DNA of 64,000 bases, taken from contig JAYWIR010000036.1 in NCBI GenBank assembly GCA_036172245.1, positions 930,001 to 994,000 of the forward strand, read 5' to 3'. This DNA comes from Raillietiella orientalis (taxonomy: Eukaryota). Numbering within the stretch: the first letter of the stretch is position 1; the number at the start of each line of letters is the position of its first letter. Position numbers and translations under genes: made by a program. Positions 23,741-35,156 of this stretch are shown here, piece by piece. Under the pieces are notes generated by a model. That model made no database searches and had not been told where the DNA came from. It saw only the letters and a list, made by a program, of their open reading frames with translations.

Positions 23741-24718
23741 CTAAGTCTCCTTGAGGTGTTTGACGTAGTACTCGTTGACGTACATCAGACACAGGTAGTC
23801 AACGATGAGGTGCATCAGGGAGATGAGCCAGTAGCACATGTTCCTGCTGAAGAAGGTTTCCCGTTCCTGGGGGGGGGGAGACGCCTGGTACGTGGTCAGG
23901 AGGTACACCAGCGTGACGACCAGGATGATGAAGAGGAAGAGTATGCGGATGAACATGACCACTATCCAGATGAGGAAGATGTCGCTTGAGTCCTAAAATC
24001 GCATCTCTAGGTCACAACCTCTCCTTTTGCTTCTTCCCTTCCTCCTCCTTCCCTCTTCCTCTTTTCCCCTTCCAACACTTTTCGCACTTCCTCCTCCTTT
24101 TCTGCACCCTACCATTCCACCACCTTTCTCCTTTCTTCCTCTTTTTCGTACTTCCCTTCCTCCTCCTCCTCCTCCTCTTCGCTGAGGAATGAACTGACTC
24201 CCACGGGGGCGCGGAATGAAGAGAGAGATTCCCGAGGCTCTCCTCCCCTCCCCCTCGCTTCTTCTGGATACCGCGTGTCAATGCGTCATAGGTCCAGGGT
24301 TCGCTCTTATGCGGAGCGTGGTGGCGCCACTGGCTGCGAGACGTTCTTAGGATCCCGAGGGAGCAGCGGATTCGTCCCTCTTTTCCTTCTCTACCATCCT
24401 ACACTACCCCCTCTTTTCCTTCGCCTTTCCTTTTTTCCCCGGAAAGGTCAGGTGCCGCCTGGGTGCCCTTCGTCAGAGAGGGCGCCTGCAGACGTGCGCT
24501 CGGACCGGGACCGCGACCTCGCGCGCACGCTTCCAAACTTACCAGGAAGTGCCCAATGGCGAGGATGAGGCCGCACAGCTTCGTGCACGGATCAGGGGAC
24601 TAGGCAGAGGATGGGAGTGGGGGGCATTGTTGGTAAGGAGGTCATACGTTACCAGAATCAGCTGCGCTATGGCGACCAGCCACACGGTGGCCCTGGGGTC
24701 CTTCAGTCCGGTGGCCAT
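23741..24718 (-). CDS. Small four-TM membrane protein, LAPTM4/DUF4728-like, paralog D (124 aa)
   Basis: Exons are 24718-24653 (MATGLKDPRATVWLVAIAQLIL), 24599-24543 (57 nt, SPDPCTKLCGLILAIGHFL) and 23992-23741 (DSSDIFLIWIVVMFIRILF...VDYLCLMYVNEYYVKHLKET*). Donors are GTAACG and GTAAGT, acceptors are TAG, and all introns are phase 0. A minus-strand AATAAA lies at 23609-23614. Confidence 0.8.
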
Positions 24719-25118
24719 GCGGGAGATACGCGCGGGGGCTGCCTCTGGAGCTGCGGCCCGAAAGCCCCGAGGGTTCCTCTGAGGCGCTTTGGGGCACTCA
24801 CTGAGTGCTCAGAGGCGCGCGGGTTCGCTCGACCTCCTCATCATCATCCGGGGGGAGGGCGTGCCACGTAGCATAATTTTTGCCTCGCATTCATCTCCAC
24901 GGAGTTCATTGCTGCCCTGGGGGGTGGGGTGGTCTGGTTTCCCTGGTTACAAGCAAAGCCGCCAAAGGCCCTCTTTCGGGGGTGGGGGAAACAGCTTCGT
25001 GATGAGCCGCCCTGCGGCTATCCCGTCCTGCGCTGCCCGTGCTCCCCGCCCGGGAGCAGCAGGCACGCCTCCCGGCACGTCATGTGACAACCGGCAGGAG
25101 AAGTCAAAGGTCGGGAGG

Positions 25119-25402
25119 TCCCTCCTTCGAGGCGTTCGCTCGCACGGGGGCAAAAACAACCTGGAAAAGAACGAGCGACATGACACCGCGGGGGAGGAAA
25201 GTTAGTCTTTGTCAGGGGACAGGAAAGGATCTCCAAATTCCTGGGCGATGCTGGGTCTCGGGGAAGGGAAGGGGAACCTTCGTGACCTCTCCCGCAGCTC
25301 TGATGAGGGTACGCGTTGGCACCACACGCTGATCTCGATGTCGCCCAGTCGCTTCCTCCAGGGGAGGAAATTTTCCGCTCCCCCGCCATCGGGAGGAGCC
25401 CG
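25119..25402. repeat. 284-bp direct repeat, copy 2
   Basis: Ungapped match to 22591-22874. Confidence 0.95.
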
Positions 25403-27739
25403 TTCCCTCCTTGACCTCCCACTTCTCCGTGCTGTCCCATCGACTCGGTCGTGGCATCGACTCGAGTTCGACCCGGCGTCCCCTCCCTCCCCCCCGCGCC
25501 CTCCTTCGACGCGAGACACGAGGAACCACCCGCCCATCCGCTTCCGGTCGAGAGTAGCCCCGGTCGTTCCTGAGGGACCAAAGAGCCATAGGAACGCGGG
25601 AGAGAGAGGTCGCCCCGAGGCATTCGAAAGGCGTACGGGCTCTCGGTGAGTCGTAATCTCTCCTCCCCCACCTTGAACGTGATGCTCGGGGTGGCGACCT
25701 TTTTGGACTCGAAAACAGTCCGTGACCCTTCAGGATCTGCCTTCTGGAGGCGACGGCAGGGCAGAGGACGGGGTCAGGAGTGATGAGGGAGAGAAGAGGG
25801 GGAAGAAGAAGGTGGTAGGAGGTTTCCGAAGTACCTGAGTCCTTCACCTGAGAAGGAAGGAGTCGTAAGACGTTGGGAGGATAGGTGGCTGATGACCAGC
25901 AAACTGAGGGTCTCCCGAGGGCAAGGGTCCTTCGTCTACCGCGAGAGGAACGCCGGTCTTTGGCTCGCCCCTGAAAAGAAACACCTCACCCTTTCTTGCA
26001 GCAGCAGCTGCGAGGGCCGTGCAAAGTCCTGACGGATCCAGGAGGCTGCTGACCAGCAGGTCTCCCTTTCCCCCGCTTTCCTTGCTTCCTTCTTGACCGC
26101 CACACCACTGGTGGCGGTCGGACGAGAAGGTGGCTGCCCTGCGGGCGGGTGGCGTTCCCCGTGCGGACGGAGTTTGCAGGTGGCCGCGGGGGCGAGAGCC
26201 GGTCGCGGTCCAAGGGGTGGTGCCCGAAGAGTCCGCAGTTGAAGATGGCTCTTGGGATCGGCGAGCGGCGTCCCGGCCGGGGGGGAGCAGGGAGAGAGGC
26301 GGCCGCGTAGGTTCCCCTTGAGCGACTTGAAGGGGGACGTCTGGTGGTTGGTGGACGGAGAGTTCTTTTTGCTCCCGGGCGCAGTAGAGATTGCGTCTGG
26401 TTCTCTTGGCACGAGCGGTGTGGGTCAGCTGCGTAGACCCGTCCTCCCCAATATGGCCGGTCTGGCTAAGAGGAAAATGGGGTAAGTGAGCGGAGCAGAC
26501 TTTGCTCGCATCCTGACCCAGGTGGCGGCGGGAGCTGGCGAAGTTCCCAGGATCGTCAGGATGGAGTAGGGAGAGCCCAGTGTCCCTGCTGGGCCTTCTG
26601 ACTCCGAAGGATGCTGGAAGGGGTGCCGACACCTGCGCATCGGTGGGGGGGGGGGGGGGGGGGTGAGGTCGTGGCAACTCGAAACAATTCAATTCTGAAT
26701 CCTCAGCGATTGAAATCAAGGACGATTGTTTTGTCGTGCAGCAGTCCCTGTATAACGCGGTAGGACGCGCCCCGTGTCATGCGAATCCGCATCTTACGAG
26801 CCCATGGATAAAGCAAGAGGATGTAAAGTGTAAGAAGCCCAGTAGAAGAATTACCTTAAAATAGAAGGGAGGAAGGGGGATTAAAACTGCCTATTTATTA
26901 TCCAATTTTGCAGTATTCGACAAAATGACATGCTAACAATGCAAGTCCTTTTACTATCAAAATAATACTTTAATAACATAGGAGAAACGTCAACTTGACT
27001 TCGAGCTTTTAGAATGCTGTTGACATGTATTCGGTGCAAGCAATTCCACGGGTCCAGCTCCATATCTCTCTGTGGCCGTTGAGAAACGTGTCCTCTCGCG
27101 CTCGTTCGTCTGCTAAGATCTGGATGGAACGCAACCTACTTGAATCACGTTTGTCCCCAGTCCGACAGGCGGAGGGGTGGATTTATTACGAATTTCACAC
27201 AGTTCCAACATTCACACTTTTCTGCATACACAAAAGCCCAATACACTGCGGGCTTAACCATCTTCGATGCCTACTCAAACAGCCGAACGCGCGCGGCGCC
27301 GCAAAACTGAAATTTTTCCGCAGAGTCAGCGCGCAGCTGATTGGCCGAGAAGCACCGGAACTGCCGCCGCCATGTTCTCTCGCTGCCGCATGAGTTAGCC
27401 GTGTTTATTTCATTTCTGTACATGAAAATCACATGGATAAATATTCGACCTTATTCCCTTAAAAGTACTTATATGTTTTGCGAGAAGTATTCAGTCGATC
27501 TATCATTATTTAGCTTGTGCGTAGAGTATGTAGAGTATACGATGTTGATATTATTTAACTTGTGTAATGTGTGCGCAAGAGAACTGAAGACGCGCAGTAA
27601 TTTATGCGCGCCTTAAATGTTTCAAATGCAAACAGTAGGCAAGTAATAATAAGAAAATAATAATAAGTTAGTAGAAACAATTATTCTATGGTGCAGCGAG
27701 GACCGAAGGAAGTCTCCATAACTCACGAATTTGAACGGC

Positions 27740-27949
27740 CAAACCAAAGACCCCTGTCCCCTCCCCTCCCCATATCTTTATTTCTATTTTTTATATGTGT
27801 ATTTATGGTCCCCTCCCTCCCGTTCCGGACTTTCGGTTTACCGATCTGCGTGTCGGGGATACCCCCCTTCGTTTCTTCTGTGTCCTTTGTCCGGGAACTC
27901 CGTTCCTGGATAGTTTAGAAATAAACGCCCCGGCGCACCCGGGTGGGAA
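27740..27949 (+). mobile_element. 5'-truncated 210-bp retroposon (3' UTR only) flanked by a ~21-bp target-site duplication
   Basis: The flanks are ATAACTCACGAATTTGAACGGC (27718-27739) and ATAACTCACGAATTGGACGGC (27950-27970). The insert has a C/T-rich tract, an internal hairpin TCCGGGAAC-TCC-GTTCCTGGA and the terminal AATAAACGCCCCGG..CCGGGTG module. Confidence 0.75.
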
Positions 27950-28199
27950 ATAACTCACGAATTGGACGGCTTAGGAAGGCGTCCGATTCGTGAGTTATGG
28001 TGATTAAACAAAAGACAACAAGGTGGTGCTGATGAAACGGGAAGCGCAGAAAGTCCTCGGAAAGAGAGGCGTGGGGCGAGGAAGGGTAGAGGAAAGCTCA
28101 GTATTGGAAGGGGAGTCGGGACGATGCGAGGGAGTCGGGATTCGCGAAGAGTTGGGAGGATGCGCCTTGGTAATCCTGTTCGTCCGGAGACGGATTGAG

Positions 28200-29680
28200 A
28201 GCGAGATTGGGAGGGGAGTGGGGGAACAGGATAAAGGCAAGAGCTTCAGGAGCGGAAATGCCTTTGGAACGAAATCCTTGGAAGAGGTGGTCTGTCTACG
28301 GTGACAAGTGCCACGCTGGACGGGTGCGCATGTGGAGGCGAGCCGGGCATTTCTGGAGCCCCGTGCGTCCGAGCGGGCTGGACGACGGGGCCATGGAGAG
28401 TGGTACGCCACTGCGTGACAGGTGGTCAGATGGCCGACCGGGGAGGTGCTGAGGAGCTCTGAGGCGTGCCGGAATGCGGTTGGCAGCGGTGCGGAGATGA
28501 CGGACAGGGGGGTCGGTATTTCTTGTCCTCTGCAAGAGATGGCGTTGGCTGCCCGAGGGGAATCGCTCTTGGCAGGTCAACAGCCAGTAGCGGGATGCTA
28601 TGGTTCCCGATCATCGGACAGGTTGCCACCGGTCCCATGGATCGGGAAAGTGAGGCTGGAGGCGAGGAACGAGGATGCTGCGTCCTGGACCAGGAAACCG
28701 TCTCTCATTGAGGAGCAAATCCAGGTCGATGGCTCATCTCGTTCAGAGTGTCGGCGAGTTGCCTGCGGGCCCTGAACGGATGGGTTCGAAGACGCCAACC
28801 GCAAATGGGATGCGTCCCCAATAACTTTTTTGATGGAGTGAGGCCGATGATCGAGGGGACCCTTCGTTCAGGGAGCATCCAGGTCGACGGCCTTCTTCGT
28901 CTTCGGGGCCGCCCGCCCCACTGCAGACTCCCCTTCTGTGCTCGCACCACCTCGATGATGTCCCTGCGGGGAGAAAGGGTGGGCGCAAGAGGCCAGCCTC
29001 CACCCCCGGATGCCCCGAAAGGACTTCTCTGCTGGAAGGATCATCCCAGAATTCCCCTGGCGCTTCCGGGAGGTCCCTCCCTGCCCCAGGGTCGCAACTG
29101 CCCCGTAGGACTGCCCCTCTGGAACGCAGCGAGAGGGAATTCTTCCCGCGCCTGGGAGCGCACCGCCCTCGGGAGCACGCGGGAACGCCTTGCCGCAGAC
29201 CCCCAGCGCCCGGGGGCAGCCCGGAAGACCGCAGCGCCACGTCTAGAGGGTTGCGGCCCGCCGCTGCTTCCGCGGAGCCCGTTGTGGCACCAAACGAGGG
29301 CACTCCTCCTCCCTGAGGGTAACGGCAGGATGGCCGCAATTCAAGAGCGAAGAAGGAGGAACTCTCATACATCCAGGATGGGATGCAGGAGACACCGGGA
29401 GATCCCTTCCTTCGCACCACCCTCTTCCTCATTCCAGAAAAAATGAAAGAAATCCTTTTGTCCCTTTTTTTTTTCCTGCGCACTATCCCCTCCCCATTCC
29501 TGTTTTACCCGTGCAGACTTCTCCGGGAAGCGAGCAGAAACCCCCTCTGGGACTTCCCCGACGTAGGGGTATTGGGAATTCCCCTACGTCGGGGACTCTT
29601 CTTTTTTCTCGTGTGGCTTGACGGTGGACCATGCGAAGGTCTGCTCTGCAATAAACGCCCCGTCGTGACGGGTGAAAAAA
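28200..29680 (+). mobile_element. Decayed Tx1-like element relic ending in the conserved 3' module
   Basis: An ORF1-like knuckle remnant GQQPVAGCYGSRSSD lies at ~28575-28620. A pyrimidine-rich tract at 29453-29510 is followed by AATAAA, the hairpin and A6 at 29650-29680. This may be more than one element. Confidence 0.45.
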
Positions 29681-31044
29681 CCCTCGGATCAGTTACGGCC
29701 GCCCAGAAAGGTCCTTCGGGGCGCAGCTTGAAGACTTGGCGGCTCCGGGTCGGGACGAAGGGTCTAGCCACCCAACGCCGGGGTGGATGCTGCGAGACGA
29801 TCCTGTTTAAGGGACTGGCCTGGATAGCCAGGCTCTGGACCACCCTCTGGAGCCTCCCGGCACGTCTGCTCCCCAGGAGAGCCGGGCAAGTGCGACGGAC
29901 TAGCAGCCCCGCTTTCGCGAAGCCACTCACGGCCTCCCACTCCGGCAAAGGGCTGCCCCGGGAAGTAAGCCCGCTCGTGGATTTCCTGCCGCCCCACGGG
30001 CGGCATGTCCGGAGGCGGAAGGAGGTACTCCCGAGGTCGCCGCGCTCGATGAGGCCGGTTGCCTGCAATTCCGCAGGGGAGCCGCAAGAACAGCGGGGGC
30101 GGCTGGCTGTGACCGTTGGCTTGTCCGGCAGCCACCCCCTCCGCTGCACACTACACACCCACCGGTGAGTTGCGGAGAATTTCTGAGAAATCCGGAGACT
30201 CGGAAACCCCCCTGGCGGCCTCTCTGCGGGTCGCAGCAGCGCACAGGACGCTCCTCTCCGTCCCCCCGAGCGGCCTTGCAGGAACGTCCCTCCACGTCCC
30301 TTTCCATCCCAGTGGGCAGCCCCGGTGTCGCTTCCGAGACCCCCCCTGAGCGGGGGAAGGGAGGCTGTTGCCGCAGCGCAGCCTCGTCACTGCGATAAGC
30401 GAAGCGGCGGGAGGGTCGTCCGTCCCCTTGGCGACCCGCTTGCCGCGGCTCGCGAAGGGAACGCCACCGAAAGGAGCGCGTGTGACGGCATCCCACAGAA
30501 AACCCGACGGCACGGGTAGCCCTCCCGCCCCTCACTCAATCACAAGGACAGTCCTTGTCTGTTTTCTTCCTCTTCGCCTCCCTTCATCCCTCTCCGTCCC
30601 GTCCACGGCCTCCTCGGCGGCCCTCAAAGAACCGCCCCACCCAGCCGTGTCCCTCTGTTTCGTCTTTTGCGTGGCGCCTATTTTCAAAATGAACCCTCCC
30701 ACGAGACTGGGAGAAAATCCGCTCCAAGAGACGCAGCTTCGCCTCCGGAACGGCTGCACGTCTCACCAGGCGTGGGGAGGACGGTCATCACCTTTCTCGC
30801 TTGGAGACTGGGGTTCCAGGCGATCCCCGGGAGGTTTCCTTTCCCCACCTTGCAGACAGGAAAAGTCGGGCCCGAGGGCGGTCGCCCGAGCGCGAGGTCA
30901 ACGCCGACGAATACCAGCAGGTCGGTCAAAGTTCGCACCAAAGAAGCCGCCGCTTTCCTCTGGAGGACGACAGGAATTTCTTTGCCCCTGCCGCTGTCCT
31001 TCTGGAAAGTCCCGCGGGCGAAGGAGCACACACATATGGGGAAT

Positions 31045-31445
31045 ATCCAAATCTATCTATATCTATCCATCTATATGTATATCTATCTATAAACATTTAT
31101 ATCTACCTATCTATATGTATACCTATCTATGTCCATGTATGCCTTTATCTATCTATATCTATATCCATCTATATCTACAGATATTTATATCTATGTATCT
31201 GTCTACATCTGTATCTATATATACATCTATCCATCTATCTAGCAATCTGTATCTATATCTATCAAGCTGTGTACATATAGATATCTACCTAACTGTAGAT
31301 ATCTGTATCTATAGATATCTATGTCTAAATGTATATCTATAAATTTCTCCCTTTCTATCCATATCTATCAACCTCTGTCTGTATCTATAAATCTCTCTCT
31401 CTATATATAGATATCTACATCCGCATATCTACTTACATATGTGTG
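31045..31445. repeat. Degenerate (TATC)n/(ATCTAT)n microsatellite
   Basis: A run of atctatctat/atatct variants is directly visible. Confidence 0.92.
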
Positions 31446-33589
31446 TGTACATTCTCTCTGCGCAAGGTGCTCGAGGGCAATATACGCCTCCAGGCTTCTA
31501 TTGCCGTGACGCTATGTGTGTATAAAGGAGTGACTCTAAATTGGTTAAGGTAATGAGTATATATATGTTAAAGTCAAGAGCATATATGTACATGTGTATT
31601 AAAGAAATATATACGCATATGTGTATGTATATGGACTGTTTATACGTGGACTGCATTTCACGATAAACGACCCGGGGGACCGGGTGAGCACTCCAATGGC
31701 CCACTGCTGGACCATCACTGGGGCCCGAAGTGACCGCACTCGGAGATAACCACGTGCCTTCCCGAGGCGGAAGGGGTCGCCATCACTGGGGAGGGGGGGC
31801 AGCGCTAGGAAGGAGGGGTCGGTGGGCCCATGAGCGAGTGGGGGCAGGCGGCATCAGCTCCCGAGGGCAGGCACAGAAGGCGCCAGGGCGCTGCTTCCTG
31901 TTGCCCGAGGGGGGTCTCCCTCGTGCGCCGCATCCCCGTCCCAACCTGGCGTGGGGGGCGACAGTCACACCCCTCTTCCGTTGCGGGAGGTGGATGGAGG
32001 CGGCCGGCAGGTCCGGAGAGGCGGGTGTCCCGGCCTGGGCGGGTCCGGCGGGGACTGTCCCCTTGGATGACCCCGCGGGCGAGGCGCTCCCGTTTATCCC
32101 GTGGCCCCACGGAGGCGAGATCGCCGCGGAGGCCAATCGTTGGTGCCTCTTTCCCTGACTCTTTCGCGCTGGATGGAGCATCCGGGCAGCGGCCCGTGCC
32201 TGGACTTGCGCTCACAGAGGGCGCCTCGGCCTTGAGGCAGAGACCAGGGAAGCATCTGGGGTGGGAGGGAACGGGCCGTTGGTCTGGGCAGCTAGGAGTC
32301 CCCTTGAACCCTCAGTTCCTGCTTTCTCGCGAACCACTGACCACTCCGCGCTTTCAAGATGGTGCCTTCCGCAGCATCCCTCCGGGATAGGCACGACTGC
32401 CCGAGTTGCCTCAGGGCATCCAGAGGGGGCACAGTGAGGTCGCCAAAAGAGCTGGAATGGGGGGCTGGGAAGGGTCGGGGCACGTGGGCGGGGGTCTCGG
32501 GCTGGGAGGGGAGCATTCGGTTCGCCAGAGGGCAAGAGGTCGACTCCCGGTTTCCCGTGCATCGAGCGAGGGTCCACCAGGGGACGCCGACCGGTAGACC
32601 AGGAGCGCCTCCCGCCTCGATTGGGAGGCAGTCCGAATCCCCACCCCTCTTGACCTCCCTTCCCTACTCGCAGCTGGTCCCCGGGAAGACGGCGGCGAGC
32701 GCCCCGTCTGGCTGGAGAGAGTCACTTGCTCACCGTCTGGTGACTGCGGCACCCTGGGGTGCACCGCCCCGGGGGGAACGGCCGAGGATCGCAACCCCTC
32801 CACCCACCTGTGACCCAGCGATGTCCTCCCTGTGGGAGAGGAAACTCACAGTCCTCCGCCTTGGACACTCCCATGGAAACTCCGGAGATCCTCGCGCCGT
32901 TTGGAGGCACCTGGCGGTGCCGCCGCTGCACCGGCGTTTCCCGGGCAACGCTCGCCGGCCCCACTGTTCCCCGAGCTGTGCCAGATGACAGGAAGTGGAA
33001 TCCTCCCCACATCTGCCGCGGTCCCTTCAGCCCTCAGTGGATGACCTGAGACGCGGAGTGCCGCCCAGCAGCACGGTGTCGCCCTCCTTGAAGAAGGCGA
33101 CGGGATGGCGCCACCTGAAATCTGCGAAAGAGATTCCCTCCCCCCTTCCTCGACTGGGATCCTCCGCGAGTGGCACGAGGGACTCCCGGGAATCTACCTG
33201 CGATCCCTCCCCCCCGTTTTCTCCCGTTGCTAGGCAGCTTCCAAGTCGCGCGAACTGCGCCCCGGGACGCTGGCGCGACTTATAAAAGTCCTGCTCTGGA
33301 CCGCCGCTTGCTGCTACTGCGGTCTCTTGCCTACAGGCATTTTTTTTTCCTTCCACGACCGGCGTCGCGGGGTGCGAAGACCACGGTGGGGGAGAGAGAA
33401 GGGAAGGAGCCTCGAGCACCCTCGAAGGGATGTGCGCCAACACGCGGGTGGCCTTCCCTCATAAGCGCGGGGCAGCCGTCAGTCCTGACGACATAAGACC
33501 GATGCTGGAAATCCTTTGAGGGACCTTCTGCTCCCGCTGCTCTCCTTCCAGCTTTTCCCACCCCTTTTTTTGGTCATCAAGGAGTGCTG

Positions 33590-33900
33590 AAGGACCCTTC
33601 GCCTCCCTACGGGGGTCAGGACACTACGCCCTTTGAAGGCGCGAGGTAACATGCCACCTGAGAGTGCGTTGACTCTTTGAGTTATAGGGGGTACCCCGGG
33701 AGGGGACCATCCCATGAATCTAGGAAGGCTCCAGAGAAGGGAGTTCGCTCCTCTCTTACTCTTGGTAGGGGGATCCCGAAGGGGTGCTGGAGCCCTGATT
33801 GTATCCGAAGGGTACCACCTCTTCTTCGTTCTCTATGGAGGGACCCCCCGGTTTGTGGGGAGGCTCCACGTTTCTTCCTCTGAAGAGAACCCCGAAGGGA
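33590..33900 (-). mobile_element. Inverted copy of the family-2 repeat seen at 1990-2330
   Basis: There are colinear blocks with the reverse complement of 1990-2260, e.g. CCACCTGAGAGTG...GTACCCCGGGAGGGG...GAATCTAGGAAGGCTC. Confidence 0.55.
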
Positions 33901-35156
33901 CGCGGCGCCAGGAGCCGGCCCGTGCTCTTCACGCGATCTGGCGCGCTGCGACGGCCGCTGCCTCGGCTCTCCTCCCTCTTCCCCTTTTCCTCCTTCCCTT
34001 CCCGTGGCGGCGGCGGAGCGGATGCCCCTATGTCTCTCTCCTCACTCGTAGGGGTATGATGCCGTAGTCCTCCACTGCTCCTCCACAGCCGAGGGAGGAG
34101 GGATGCTGCCGCTGTTGCTGCAGCCGGGAGGAGAATCGATCTTTCCCGTTGATCTTCCTCCGGAAGAGGGCAGGGCGCTCGCGCAAGGAGGCGGCGAGGC
34201 GTCTTCCACCTGTGCTGGTGGGCACTCCCGGAAAACGGCTCCAGGAGATGCGGCTAGTGCTCCCTTGCTGCCGAGGACGCTTCCCTGAATCTCGCGGGCT
34301 GCTCGAGACGGCGCCGCTGACGTCAGCCGGCCGGGGTCGCGCCCTGCGAGTGGCGGGCGCGCGCTCCTTCCCCTTCAAGAGATTCCGAAGGGGAAGGGAG
34401 GAGGAGGTAGGGGGGAGGGGAAGACCGAGGGAGAAGGAAGGGGAGAGGAGGGGAGGAAGGGAGGTTGAGAGGAAGAAGAGATGAAGAGAAGAAGGGAGTA
34501 GGAAGGGAGAAGGAGAGCTGAAGGGTGGAGGAGGAAAGGAAGAGGACAGGATGAAAGAAGGGAGGGGAAGGAGAGTCGCCGCGGGAAGGCCGCCGGATGG
34601 GTCTTGGGAGAGCGAGCTTCGTGGATGAACGGAGGGTGACGCGTCGCGCGTGCCCAGGGGACGCATCCCTCAGAATTCCTTCGCCAAGAGCGTGACCCAC
34701 AGGAAGCCCTTTGGGCTTCTCTGCAGGCTGCACCCCTGGCATCCATGCGCGGTGCCCGCCCTCCTGCGAGGCTCCCAACCCTGCCAGGAGGTCAGCCCGT
34801 CACGCGCCAACCTTGGATTCCCTCCAGGGAACCATCTCCGAAGGTTGGGGACAGGTCCCTGACACAGAGGTCACTCTCCGGACCGGTTCGCAGCGGAACA
34901 TCTCGCGACTGTCAGCATGGCGGCGCCTTTCCCTCCCCAACTGTGCACCTTCCTCGCGCCCGCGAGAGCGCTGGCGGCGGTCCCGGAATCGATCCCGGAA
35001 TCCCGAACCCTAAAGGATCCCTTTCCCTCCTTCTCTCCCACGCCTGCTCCCTCCTTTCGTCTCTTCCTCTCTCTCCTTTTTCTTCTTTTCCCTCCTCCTC
35101 CCCCTCGTGCTTCTTGTGAGGCGCCGACGAGGACGACAGGGGCGGCATGGCGGCGC

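Noticed and set aside
27716..28000. MITE or DIRS-like element defined by CCATAACTCACGAAT terminal inverted repeats
   Set aside because: There is no external TSD. The third internal copy is explained more simply as the TSD of a retroposon inserted into a pre-existing palindrome.
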